A stretch of DNA of 64,000 nucleotides from Macrostomum lignano (lineage: Eukaryota). Below the pieces are notes generated by a model that was not told the DNA's origin, searched no databases, and worked only from the letters and a program-made list of their open reading frames with translations. The stretch covers positions 25,872-89,871 of the forward strand of contig NIVC01002398.1 in NCBI GenBank assembly GCA_002269645.1, in the 5' to 3' direction. Shown here piece by piece: positions 1-11,829 of the stretch (positions are counted from its first letter, which is position 1; every line of letters starts with the position of its first letter). The position numbers and the translations under genes are program-made.

Positions 1-1029
1 GACCAAAGAGTGGTATTGAGGCGACCTCAATACTCTTTGAGCAGGACGATTAGAAAAATTTCAAATGCCATAGACAAATGTATACAGTATTGGAAAATTA
101 CTGAAGGCACACACAAGCTGACTAGCTGGAGGCAGGCTTTAACCACTTTTCAACTCGTGCTATACGTCGATCTTGACGAAATCGATTTGTCGTTCGACCA
201 ATTATTTATGGATATGAAGCCAGCTCAAGATGCAACAAGAGTCAATAACGATGACACACCTACGAGACCGTTTGATAATAATATTGACGGCTGATGATTT
301 ACAACGACACCTGGACGACATCTGAAGGCATCTCGTACGCAGGCTCGACCTATGGCTGAGACTCCTCGGTGATGGTACTATCTTTAGAACTATTTTGTCT
401 CTGGTTGTCTCCAGCTCTCAACGGATTGAAGTTCGCGTTGAACCTCTTGGATCGACAGGTCAGGATACTGTACCACCTAGCTGCTGAGAAAAGACAAACG
501 TTCTGTCGACAAGGTGGAGATTGACGGTGAGAGGGTTGTGGTGTTTTTGAAGTGAGTCTAGTAAAAAATTCGATGAACTTTGGTTGAAGCTAGTTGATCA
601 AACTGTTATTTACTTTTATCTTGATTATTTGCTATTTTGTATATGAACGAGTATATAAATATGTTTTACTTCCTGAAGACACTTTTGCTTTAAGTTTTTT
701 ACGGACCAGTGCACCATGGACTTACGGACCATATAATACGAGCTAACAAGCGCACTGGTCTTGCTGACAGCAAGCCCATTTTCTAAATAATGGTCCAGTA
801 ATACTTGAGTGTGGCCATAGACAAGCCCATTCCCGAAAAATAAGTGGACCATTATACGAGCTTTTTGGCGTAAGTGGAGTTTAATTTTTTAGTATTTGAT
901 AGAATATTTCATCTTTTAACGATGCATGTTAACCATACCTATTAGCGAGTCATCGTGTAGAGCAAGGCTTGCAGAGAACCGGTAGCTACCGTTGGTAAAT
1001 TTAGCTCAATATTGATAGAATCAGGAAAA

Positions 1030-1312
1030 TGAAAATCAGAAAGTCAGCTGCCTTGCAGGCTTGAGTCCTTATCGTCCAGGCATCCAGGCACTCCAGCGCT
1101 ATACGTCTTTACGTTTATTTCTGTGGATGGCTCGGGAACTCGTCTTGCACCTCGTAATTAGGGACGGACTGTGCCGGAATTCGCGAAGCCACCTCACGCA
1201 CCGGTTTGAGGTTTGAGCTTGAATTGCAGAACTATCCCGAAATGACGCCTTACAGGAATCGAACCAGCGTTCTTTGATAAAGGCTGCGACGCATTACTGC
1301 ATATACTCCAGC
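1030..1312 (-). mobile_element. Probable tRNA-derived SINE-like dispersed repeat (family 2)
   Basis: The minus strand near 1255-1266 reads GGTTCGATTCC (pol III B-box consensus); the A box is degenerate. Body 1030-1205 is similar to 6345-6595 (shared gctgcctt.caggct.ga..cccttatcgt, tttctgtgg.tggct, gattaggga.gactgtgccgg.attcgcg). Confidence 0.4.
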
Positions 1313-1419
1313 TACCTTGCTGGAATATGCTTGCTATGATGTAGCCGTGCATTGTGGGCTTGAGCAGCTACTCAGTAAAGCTGGGATATTTGGGCACAGA
1401 TAGTTAATTGCACAACCGG

Positions 1420-1690
1420 CTGATGCTGCTCCATTGCAGACAGCAGCACAGGTAGAAACGGCTCAATCCAAAGTGTCGTCATCAGCATGACCGGCTGCTA
1501 CCTGATCAAAGATGCCAGCGCAAAAGTAGGCAGAAACTTACTGACTTGCACATCCGGAGTCTGCCTGACAGCCGGTGCACAGCTGAACACCGTTGTTGGA
1601 CGGATGGGCGGCTCGACCTCCTTGGATTTGGAAGGAGGCGGCGGTGGCGGCAGCTTCGTTTTCCAGACGAGCATCGCAGCAACATGAGCG
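1420..1690 (+). pseudogene. Inverted, degraded fragment of exon 3 of the PAN/glycine-rich-domain gene family
   Basis: ctccattgcagacagcagcacaggtagaaacggctcaatccaaag...accggctgctacctgatc is the reverse complement of 8540-8610 and 16560-16630. It translates to TGCYLIK...LTAGAQLNTVVGRMGGSTSLDLEGGGGGGSFV with deletions, and no flanking exons are present. Confidence 0.85.
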
Positions 1691-2226
1691 GTAAAATAAT
1701 TTCTTTTAATCAAAGTGAATTTGCTGTTAGTAGTACGAGCGTGTCATTAGTCAAACAGTGCAGTGCCGAATGCATTTTATTTAATGGGTATTTTGTTCTA
1801 AACGCTACAGGTCTGTACTTAGTAGTTCCGTACCAAGAGCACGCGCTTCTTTCCAACCTAGGTTTAAAACGAATAAAGAGCCTACACCAATTTTATACAT
1901 TTTATTTACCTGTACATATTTAGTATTTACTAGAATCGATCACACACATACACCTACCTACCGACTGACCATTTTTAGTATTGGGAAGTAAATCAATTGT
2001 TATTCAAAAGTTGCTGAGATGCCGTGACTCAAGGGAATGCTGATTTCTTGACTAGAAATATTGGCTGCTCATACTGTTTGAACCTTATTAGAGAAAAACA
2101 ATGACTGTACAAGGCATTTTACATGTTTTTATTGGCAAACGAGAGCTTTAATTTAGTAGGTTTGACATCTGCGACTGTGGTAATGTCAGTCAGCCTTTCT
2201 AACCTCACACAAGCCCTAATATTAAG

Positions 2227-2230
<4 letters not shown>

Positions 2231-2281
<51 letters not shown>
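2231..2281. repeat. (AT)n microsatellite
   Basis: Uninterrupted AT dinucleotide run of about 50 bp. Confidence 0.98.
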
Positions 2282-2283
<2 letters not shown>

Positions 2284-2341
2284 TTCGTCATTCTTCCAAT
2301 GCCTAAAAAGACAAGCCCTGTAATATGAGTACATCAATTGA

Positions 2342-3091
2342 TCAACGCCCGTAGATCTCGACTTCACACAGGTTCATAGGTTTTTCCTGCAGGTTGACAA
2401 TTCTGACTTTGCTGCCAAAAGCCTTGCAGGTGAAGCTGGCCACAGAGAACGGCACCGTCAGGTCCACCCGGTTGCACTCGACACCGTCAGCAATCAGCGA
2501 CAGCTTGTTGAGTCGGTTCATGCAGCAGTCAACTCTGTTGTAGATGGTGACGTGCGAGATGAAGGCAGGTCTGGCCAGCTGGCCTTCCCACCAGCCCTTT
2601 GCTCTATTAGCCGTATGACTACAAAATCCTGAGTTTTGATTTTTGACTCCATCGATGGCCTTCCCGCACACTGAGCCGTATTCAACCGAGCTCTGCTGGC
2701 AGCTGATGAATCTCAGCTTGGCTTTGTCTGCAATGTCCCAGAGTTCCTTTCAGTTATTTTATTGATTCATACCAAAACTCGGGCGGGTTCGCAGTGAGGA
2801 CTCACCCGTCAGCATGATGTGCAGGTCGCACTCATCCGAGCTGTGCCAAGTGCCGTTTTCAAAAGCCCACAGATCGAAGAAGCGGCAGAGGCCCCGCAGC
2901 AGGCTGAAGCCGAAGCAGGCGGGTCTCAGGGCGCAGAGCGATGCGCACTCCAGGCTGACGCTGCCTGGCGCAGAGTCCGTGACTGTCGGAGCCACCGCAC
3001 TTCTGACAGTCTGGAACAGGCTTTGAGTCGATATCGGCATGAAGAAGAGGGCTGCACTGAGCAGCAGCTGCAGTGAACGTTTTGGCTTCAT
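2342..3091 (-). CDS. Secreted PAN/apple-like + F-type lectin (fucolectin/FTP domain) protein, 2 exons (3091-2806, 2727-2342)
   Basis: Hydrophobic N-terminus (MKPKRSLQLLLSAALFFMPISTQS). Cys pattern ECASLCALRPACFGFSLLRGLC. A 78-nt phase-1 intron (GTGAGT...TTGCAG) joins to KAKLRFISCQQSSVEYGSVCGKAIDG...CSHT...WWEGQL...VTIYNRVDCCMNRL...MNLCEVEIYG, which contains the F-type lectin signature H-x26-R-x-D-x4-R. Confidence 0.88.
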
Positions 3092-4564
3092 TAGATGCTG
3101 TGCGTGGATAAAACAAGGTTTCCTTAAAAGATCGGCCTTTTAGACATGTTTTAACTCTGCGTACGCACTCCATTGGAGAAAGGCTCCATCATTGATCGAA
3201 TTGGTTGAGCTTGTAGTTGAGATGCTTCACGGCTATTGGTGGGAGTCGCGCAATAGTCATGCAGTAGGTATTTTAAACTGTGTTTAGTGCAGAAATACAG
3301 TTTTGTACAAGTTTTTTTTGTTTATTGTTTGTCTCCAATCTCAAATGATCATCGGCTTCATTAGACAATAGACCCACACTGGTGGTAACAGTTCCATCGT
3401 GAGTAGAACTCTTTGTTTCAAATTCGAATTCAGCAAAAAGTTTCATCTACAGTTGAATGAATCCCCGACAGAAGCGCAAGATCAAGTTCTAGCACTGCCC
3501 AGACAGCTCAGATGAATTCCAATTTACAAGTTCGCTGCTGGCGATATTAAACTGGCTACCTGAATATTTACTTAATCAAGAATAACTTTGATTTGGCGTG
3601 TCTAGAAAACTCCAGAAAATATCTGGTACGATATAACGACAAGCGGCTGGTGACATACAGATACAAATCGATTGTGTTCAAGGTTAGTTTTACTGCAACA
3701 GGTGTAGTGTGTTTCAAATGCGTAGTTGATTAGTTCAGCAAAGGTTCCAGACCTACGGTCCAATGGGTCCCTCTTTTTACACAGAAAAGCTGCACAATTT
3801 TGTCAAGATCAAAAAAAAACTTTATAACCCTTGTGTTGGGAAGTGAGCGAAACAGAAGCAGCATAGAAGTCAAGCTAATCTTAACATTCCTAGCTCTGCA
3901 GCAACGAAGGCGAATACGTTGAAAAGTAGCTCGCCTATGATATTATCTGACAGAAGTTCCAGGCGATGTTTCAGGTGCAGCACGATGGCAGAGATCGTGC
4001 GTAAGGATTTAAAACAACCAAAGTTATAAAATCTCCAGCACCTGTTCCCTTTCTTACTGATGATAACTCTTGCGTCTCTTCTCTTGAATTGAATCGTAGA
4101 TACTCGTGATGAAACTGTGGTCAGCAAAATCAAGTGTCTTTTGTTCCTAAATTTTCCAAGACTTGAAATCTACTGAGACAGATAAAAGCAATCAAGCTAC
4201 TTCAAAAGTATCAGGAAAAATCGATCAATTAGAAGTAGACCAAAAAAACAATTGAACCGGTGCCAGCATTAAATCGCATATTCCAAATTTAAGTTGCGAG
4301 TTAGGGTTAGGGTTTGAGTTTGGGTTGGGCTCGTAGGGATGCAAAATATTTAATTTTTATCACTATCAGAAAATTTCTCAACGAAGATAAAATAGAATAA
4401 ATTGTCTGCGTTGGCATGAAAACAACCAAAAGCTCACTAAATCAATACATCCGCTCTATGAATACATCTTCGTTCTTGTTTTAGTCAAGTTAATACACGT
4501 AAAAACAACCTATGGAATTCATTCGACGCTCGTATGGCTACTGAGAAATAATCGAGCAGCAGCA

Positions 4565-5170
4565 TCAGGTGTCCAAGTCGCAGGTGGCTGAGGCCGACTC
4601 CAGCAGGACGAACACGAAGCCCTGGACGCCGGTCCAGGTCCCGCCGAAGACGCAGCCGCCCCGGCAGAACCGCCGCAGCCGCCAATGTGGCCCCGACCCA
4701 GTCTGGCCCCGCCGACGCTGAAGCCACCGCCGCAGCCGCCAATGTGGCCCCGACCCAGTCTGGCCCCGCCGACGCTGAAGCCACCGCCGCAGCCGCCAAT
4801 GTGACCCTGACCCAGTCTGGCCCCGCCGACGCTGAAGCCACCGCCGCAGCCGCCAATGTGGCCCTGACCCAGTCTGGCTCCGCCGACGCTGAAGCCACCG
4901 CGGGTCCATCGAAGACGCTGCCGTCTCCGGCGCTGCCGCCGAACCAGACATCGGCCAGACGACTGCCGCTTCTCTTTTACTCTGTCCGAGCAGCCTGCCT
5001 GGGGCAACTCGGCCCTGCCGAGTTAGCGGGCTCCGCAGCCGCCGTGGTGCTAGCGGAGGTGTTAGTTGGGTTTTTGACGTCTGGCTGACCGTTGATGCCA
5101 CCGAATCCCGCGTTGAGGCTGTAGCCGTCCAGTCCGTCGAAACTGTCAATTCCAGCCTCACCCGGTTGTT
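4565..5170 (-). pseudogene. Decayed copy (copy A) of the last exon of the PAN/glycine-rich-domain gene
   Basis: Homologous to 7696-8192 and 15723-16219 (same acceptor gtag|, same C-terminus GGCVFGGTWTG.QGFV.VLLESASA.CD..T). It has an in-frame TAA at 5023-5025 replacing Trp, frameshifts and an internal deletion. A remnant of intron 3/exon 3 sits at ~5600-5670 beyond a SINE. Confidence 0.85.
4668..4900. repeat. 57-bp tandem repeat, about 4 copies, inside pseudogene copy A
   Basis: The unit gccaatgtggccccgacccagtctggccccgccgacgctgaagccaccgccgcagcc recurs with period 57. The minus strand encodes FSVGGARLG(Q/R)GHIGGCGGG. Confidence 0.95.
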
Positions 5171-5214
5171 CTACGGTGAAATCCATCAATCTGCTTTTTT
5201 AGAGGCAGGGGGGG

Positions 5215-5549
5215 TTGTGTGCACCCTGGCGCACTTTAAGCGACATTGGCACACAACCGGCGAGAGGAATGACTGCCCATTCCGCCGACTCCCCTGAGCA
5301 GGCACACAAGCGCGCGGATACGTACGCAGGCACACACTCACACAGGAGTGCACAGCCGCCCTAACTTTATATTATCGTTAGGCATGTACACTTCACTGCG
5401 CCTTGGGGGGTTGGCTCTCAAGGCCGTTAATTGCACGAGCAGAGCCAAGCCGAGATTCAAATTCAGCCCCAAATTAATGTGACTGCACTTGGAATCGAGC
5501 CTGGGTCGCTGGCACACCAGAGCAGCTGCGCTACCGCTGGGCTACGGCC
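5215..5549 (-). mobile_element. tRNA-derived SINE (family 1), near full length
   Basis: The minus-strand head GGCCGTAGCCCAGCGGTAGCGC...CCAGGCTCGATTCC has A- and B-box-like motifs. The body is shared with 27420-27700 and 38040-38170, and partial cores occur at ~11280-11470, ~22460-22530 and ~39440-39530. Confidence 0.8.
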
Positions 5550-7695
5550 CCCCCCCCGCCATTATCAATCTGCTTACTCGCGTGGTTGCGGATTTTCATA
5601 ATTTACAATTTAAGCAACTGCTGCTACTGAGATCACCATTTGATTGAAGGAGGCCTCGGTGCCTCCTCTGATAGTTTGATTGTCAGCCTTCATTTCTTGC
5701 GATTTTTCTTGAACAAAGGCTCGAGAAATAGCTATTTTACCTGACAACTAAAATTCCAAATCGATATTGAGTTGTGTGAGGTGCCCTGCTTCAGCGGGCT
5801 GCTGCGATTAATGAGTGAGAAATTGACGCAGCTGCAGTCTGGTGCACCAGAGTGGCAGAATTCAAGCTAAGTCTGAGACAGCTCCATCAATAGATGATTC
5901 TGGGTGCTGCTACTCAGAAGTGAGCTCCATTGTTATCGAAAAATTTTGCGTAGTGACTGAGACCCAGAAGCTTTTATGCGTTTCCTGAAAAAATTCCTTA
6001 CTTTTCAACTAAAATAAATAAGTGATTAAATCTGCCTTAAAGAGAAAATATGCAACCGACAGCCCAGCAGCAGCTATTCCGGCTTTTCAACTACAGTTGT
6101 GACAGCCGTTAAATCTTTCAATTAGTTTTGCGCTGAAGCTCTACCACTGTATAAACTTTCAGTATAAATCTTGAAATGTCCTAACTGCCGTGAATGCTGT
6201 TGTTTTTCAGCAATTTAGGAGCTTTTGCATCATTGCGCTGGTCATCTTCTAAATGTTTTAACCATGCATTCCTGACGTCCTTATTTGCGAGTCATTGTGC
6301 AGAGTTGGGGAACCTGTAGTTAGGTTTAGCTCGATAGAAAGAAAATCAGAAAAAAAGAAAAGCAGAAAGTCGGCTGCCTTCCAGGCTGAAGCCCTTATCG
6401 TACAGACACTTCATCAATATAAAAAACTGGTGGTTCGTGTCAGCCAGGGCGGCGGGTGCTTTTCTTCTTTCGCCGCCCTGATAAAGGGTACAAGGACTAC
6501 TTTTTACGTTGATTTCTGTGGTTGGCTGACGAACTCGATTTGCGATTAGGGAGGACTGTGCCGGGATTCGCGGAGCGAACTCACGCCCCGGTTTCAACTC
6601 GTTTCGGCCGGGGCGGCAGAAGCCATCCTTCGCTCGTCCCCAAGATTGAGGGTAGCGAACGGGCGATTCCCTTTAGATAGATTGAGACACAGCAGATAGC
6701 AACCCGAGTATTAGAATTCATGACTATATTTTCAACTGCTGATAAAAATACTTTTTGGAACTTAAATTTAAATGCTGTTGACTAAATTGTGGTCCATCAG
6801 TGAGCCCTAGCGTGCAGTACGGAAGGGCGCAGATGCCAGATGCGTGCAGCAAGGCAACTGCAGGGAGCTGCAGTCGAGCGACCTTGGCATGCACCGAAAG
6901 CAGACACTGAAAGACAGCTGAACTCACAAATCTTTTGCACTCGTCTAAAAAACCTCCAGAAATTGTCTGGCCGGAAAAAAGACGAGCGGCTTCGGACAGA
7001 CGAGTGCATTCAGTGTTTATTATTAATAATTCGAAATTGAGAACCGTTTGAGTTGTCTGAGTTCCAAGTCTGTAGCAGTGAAAGGTTCGAGAACCAGTTA
7101 AGTAGCTGTTTAGTTAGGGATTAAGGAAAGAAACAGCAAAAATGTATTGACGAAAAATTGCTTACTCGCGTGAAAATAATTAAATTAATAGAAAATAACA
7201 AGTCTTGAGTAAAAAGCCACACAATAGTTAAGCGCCTGAGTCTTATGTTAGAGACTTTAAAAGCCACTCACACTACTAGTGATGAGACGTTACTAAGTAT
7301 TTAGTTAGATTTATAGTTACTAAACTCTGAAGTCCTACACTACCTACGAAGCTTGCATTTCCAGTATTATTGTTTTAATAATTATGCTTTAAGCAAATTT
7401 CCAACCTGGGAGCACGTATGGAAATTGAGAATTTGTAAACAGAAATTTATTATTGAAAATTAGAACTGCAGAATTAAATTAATTAAAAATAGCCAACTCA
7501 GATTCATTTTGTCTACTTTTATAAACGATAGTTCCACAAATATTTACTCCACTAATCGCTACCACGGCTCCCTTGTTCGAAGCCTTTTTTCACACAGGAC
7601 AAGCGACAATGTTCACAGGAATAAGCAGTATTAATCAGTGATCGAGTTAAAACACGACTGGCCAATCCCCACTTCAAAAAGCGGTTTCTGTGACG

Positions 7696-9185
7696 TCAGG
7701 TGCCTGAATCGCAGGCGGCTGAGGCCGACTCCAGCAGGACGGACACGAAGCCCTGGTCGCCGGTCCAGGTGCCGCCGAACACGCAGCTGCCAATGCAGAA
7801 GGAGCCGCCGCCACCGCCGCTGTGGCCCTGGGCCAGTCCAGCTCCGCCCCCGCTGAAGCCACCGCCGCCTCCAGGGGCGCCTTTCAGTGAGCCGGTCCTG
7901 CTGCCGCCTCCACCGCCTCCGCCGAAGCCTCCATCACAGACGCTGTCGTCTCCGGCGCTGCCGCCGACCCAGCCGTCGGCTAGACTGCCGCCTCTGTCTC
8001 CGTCCAAGGAGCTCCGCCTGGGGCTGACGGCCCTGCCGAGCCAGCCGGCGCCGCAGCCGCCGTGGTTGCTTTCGCTTGGAGTATTGGCGGGGTTGTTGAA
8101 GCCTGGCTGACCGTTGCTGCCGCCGAATCCTGCGTTTGGTTTGTAGTCACCCAGACTGTCGGAACCGTTGATCCCAGTCCCTCCCGGTAGCCCTACGATG
8201 AAATCAATCAAACTGCTTATCCAAGTTAAATTTTCGCTTTTAAAACTTCACAATTCTAGAAACAAAGTTAATGAGATCACCATTTCTTTTGAAGCAAGCT
8301 CCGCCGCCTCCGCCGGCAGCCAGCAGCAGCAGCTGGTCGACCGTCCGGTACACGAAGCTGCCGCCGCCTCCGCCGCCTCCTTCGATATCCAACGACGTCG
8401 AGCCGCCCATCTGGTCCACAACGATGCTCAGCTGGGTGCCGGCCGTCAGGTTGACTCTGGCGCTCACCTGGGCTCCCTGGCCTCCGGATGTGTTTGTCAG
8501 TAAGTTGTCGCCACCTCTGGCTCCGGCAGCTCTGATCAGGTAGCAGCCGGTCGTGTTGATGAGGACGCTTTGGATTGAGCCGTTTCTACCTGTGCTGCTG
8601 TCTGCAATGGAGCAGCGTCAGCGAGGTAAAAAATGGAAGTGAATGCAATTTCAGTCTGTGCCAAGATCATGGAAACCACCCACGACTTTGCACTCCTGAC
8701 TCACTCCAAAGCTGCACTGCAGGAGAAGGCCAGTCGCTGTCGTCCGCCTTCCACACCTTCGCACCGACCTGAGATCCGATGACTCGCTGCACCTGATTTG
8801 GTTAGATTGACAGTTTGGCGGTTGTTATGGTGACCATCTCGCACGTGGCATTGCTCTCCACCGAGACGGCAGCGCTGCAGCTCACCCTCTGGCACTTTGC
8901 TAGACAGTCGGTTGCATCAGTGGCCTTGGTTGTTGTCGTGACGTTGTTGTAGGCGTTCAGAACGGCTTCCAGCATGTGAAGCTGCTGCTCTGAGCACACA
9001 GAATAGGTCCGCAAACTGGTGCCTTGTACTCGCAGCACGAGTGAGCAGCAAACTGCGTTGGGGCAATTGGTTGTCAATAATAAATAGCATGCATTGAATA
9101 ACTTTTAGCTGTGGTTTTTAAGTCAAGATTGCAGTCACTTACCGAATAATAAAAGCAATTGTAAAGACAGAATTTTATTAGTCAT
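7696..9185 (-). pseudogene. Copy B of secreted PAN/apple-like + ALK/LTK-type glycine-rich-domain gene with premature stop; exons 9185-9143, 9052-8705, 8601-8281, 8192-7696
   Basis: Same four-exon, all-phase-1 structure as the copy at 15723-17217. TAA at 8804-8802 stands where copy C has TCA (Ser). The downstream exons remain open. Confidence 0.82.
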
Positions 9186-10454
9186 ACTTGCAGCGATAGT
9201 CTGATTGTCCACCTGCAATTTCTAGTGATTCTTGCGGCACAAACGGCTTGAGAGCTATTCTAACTGTATTTCCTCAACTTCAATCCTAAATGAACTATCC
9301 TAAGACTCGCAGTAGGGATGCTGAGTGCGGTCGCTGATCCTTGTTTTGGGAGCTGCTTTAGAGGAGACGCTTGCTAGAGACTGAATCAAGTAGATGTGGA
9401 AGGAAGTCTGAGCAGAGGCGGGTTCGCAGCCAATCCCAGACATGAGCTGCCCTCGTCGATAATGCTTGGGCGCTGCGGTGCAAGAGTTTCTTAAATAATA
9501 ACAATTAGCAGGAGACTCAATTTTTTTTATCATCGTCTCACGCATAATGCGCTGGGGTAGTTCTTCATATTCCGCTTACTGATGAGCACGTACTTTACAC
9601 GCACACTCTGTGCCTTGGGATTTGGCCTTTGTTGTGGTTGGTTGTGAATCGCACGACAACCGCTGACAATTTCGTGTACAACCCCAAATAAATTTTGGCC
9701 ACGAACTTCGTGGTGCGAAAGCCAGTCGCGTTTACCACTGACCTACTCTGACCCCAACAGTTCGTGTATTTGGGAATTTTTAGACTGAAAACTGCCTCAT
9801 ATTGCGGACCCGTTTTTGTAGGATTTTTGTTAACTTGCCGAAAAATCTGACGCTCAGCTACAATTGTTCTACAAAATTCGAATTGGATAACCTGTGCTCG
9901 AGTAACCAAGCTAGGCAATGCAGATGGATTCAGATGGATAAGCAGATGGATAAGCATGAAGGATGTCATCGCTGTTGGCAGGATTTTCTTGATTAGCCTC
10001 AAGTGTGCAGAATAAAAGTAAGTGCAAAAGAGGGCGCCGGCTTAGAATAAAAGTTTAGCACACTCAATAACTAGAAGAGTTAACACCTTTCAATAGTGGG
10101 TGTTTCACGCATGGTTTCGACACCAGCTGAATAAAAAAATGCTGAACCTTGCATAGGCGTGCGGCAAAAATCTTGAGTTGTGTAAAGTGCCCTGCTTCAG
10201 CGAGCTGCTGCCAAGAATGAGTGGGAAGTGGGAAATAAGTTCCATTGTTGTTGGAATATTTCGCACTAGGCTGAAAACCAGAAAAGCTTTTATGCATTTA
10301 TTAAAAACGAACGAGCTGTGACAGTTGTTTTAGCTTACAATACGCTTTGGGCTTAAGCTTTAACAACGTTTAAAAATTACTGTTCTATAGTTTTTGAAAC
10401 TTTTTGAAAATACCTGTCTTACCAGTGTTACATGTACATTGCACCACACACTGA

Positions 10455-10510
10455 AGAGAAGCAATTGTAAAGACAGAACTTGATCAGTCATGCTTGCAGC
10501 GATAGTCTTC
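10455..10510 (-). pseudogene. Isolated exon-1 (signal peptide) remnant of the same gene family
   Basis: Encodes MTDQVLSLQLLLF, versus MTNKILSLQLLLLF and MTDKILSVQLLFLF in copies B and C. Upstream-flank homology resumes at ~10930-11230 (compare 17270-17540). Confidence 0.7.
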
Positions 10511-11364
10511 AATGTCTTGCATTTCTTCTTTTTAAACCCAAAAGAAGAATCAAAAGCAGCATTGGCACGAAAGGGGATGCGCGGAAGCAACCCCATAAGA
10601 GCAACAGCTCGAATTAAAAGTGTATTTTGCATTACGAAAGCAAACAGCGATGCAAGAAAATTGGAAAAATAAAACTTTAAAGAAAAAAAATTGAGCTCAT
10701 GCAGGCAGCCAATAACGCTGAGTCAACTGAGCGAGACGCCAATAAAAGGGGCGACGGCGCAGAGGCTAAAGCCCACCCCACCAGGCCACCACCCCACACA
10801 CGCAGAGCCAAAGCACCACCCACACAGAGCGGACAGGAGAGAGAAAGTACGCAAGGCGACACAAGGCGGGCAGAGGAGTGGGCTTTAAAACTGGCTATTG
10901 ACTAGTCAAGACCAGTCACAAACCAACACAAATAAAAGGCTCGATTGATAGCTTTTCTACCTGTCTTTTTAGTGATGAAATACCAAATCAATTTTATCAT
11001 ATCAGAAGTGTATATACTTTTAGTCAGGAAGCAGAGTGCATTCGCTGCTAGCTCGTACTTTTCCTCTGGAAGCTGAGAAGTTGTTTGCTACTCTAGAGAC
11101 TAATACAAGTAGGTGTGGAAGAAGGTCTGAGCAGCGGACGGCTAAGAGGACGACCAATCTCAGACATGAGCTGCCCTTATCGCTCAGGAGCTTTACCTAC
11201 CGATGATTAATAAGCGCTGGAGTTTCTTAAAAAGTAATTTTTATTATTGCCCAAGGGCAGCCGTAGTTCCCACACAAGCGCAGAGACACTTCTGCCCATT
11301 CCGATGACTTTTGAGCACATTGATGTGCGTCAATAATTTACGCGCGAGTACTGTATGTAGCACC

Positions 11365-11368
<4 letters not shown>

Positions 11369-11403
<35 letters not shown>
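11369..11403. repeat. (CA)n microsatellite within a SINE family-1 core
   Basis: CA run followed by ctcacagaggggtacagcggccctgacttt, similar to the SINE core cacacactcacacaggagtgcacagccgccctaacttt. Confidence 0.9.
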
Positions 11404-11408
<5 letters not shown>

Positions 11409-11829
11409 GAGGGGTACAGCGGCCCTGACTTTTTAACTGTCAGAAATGTACACTCGGTTTACCCTACGGGTTGTTGGTCTTGGTTGTGGATGGTTGTGAA
11501 TCTCACGACAACTGCCGGTGACCAACTTTTTTTGCCGCGAAATGAAACGAACCATGTGCTGGAGGCTGTCAGGATGGAAAGCAAGCCACCAGATCTCGAG
11601 CGGCACTACCGGAAGTTGTGGGCGGCTAAATGGAACCAGCTAAGCCGCACAGACACGAGCTCGCTCCGTTGGGAGCTCGTCAATTAGGGGCCGGCGCAAA
11701 GGCTGAAGAAACTAGGTTGGAGGAGACCAGGCGGTCGCCGAGCTAGAGAGTATGGATATGCTGAACATTCCCAGGACCAGAGACGCACCCCCTGAAGCGC
11801 TGTGGAGCAGCGGGAAGCTCGTCAGCTGA

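Noticed and set aside
10-294. 94-aa ORF at the window edge, possibly a retroelement integrase fragment
   Set aside because: No recognisable motif or splice context; cannot be supported.
1256-1312. Possible tRNA gene (also the 5490-5549 head)
   Set aside because: B box present but no complete cloverleaf or acceptor stem; attached to dispersed repeat bodies, so treated as SINE heads.
4300-4330. TTAGGG-like telomeric motif; similar gattaggg motifs at 52745-53350
   Set aside because: Only two perfect TTAGGG units at 4300; the second region is better explained as a degenerate ~23-bp minisatellite.
4519-5161. Open frames in copy A suggesting a functional gene
   Set aside because: The homologous frame has a stop, frameshifts and a deletion, and the upstream exons are missing or disrupted by a SINE.
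10510-10930. ~0.4-kb insertion relative to the paralogous upstream region, with short ORFs
   Set aside because: Probably a TE fragment, but no terminal repeats, TSD or protein motif could be identified.
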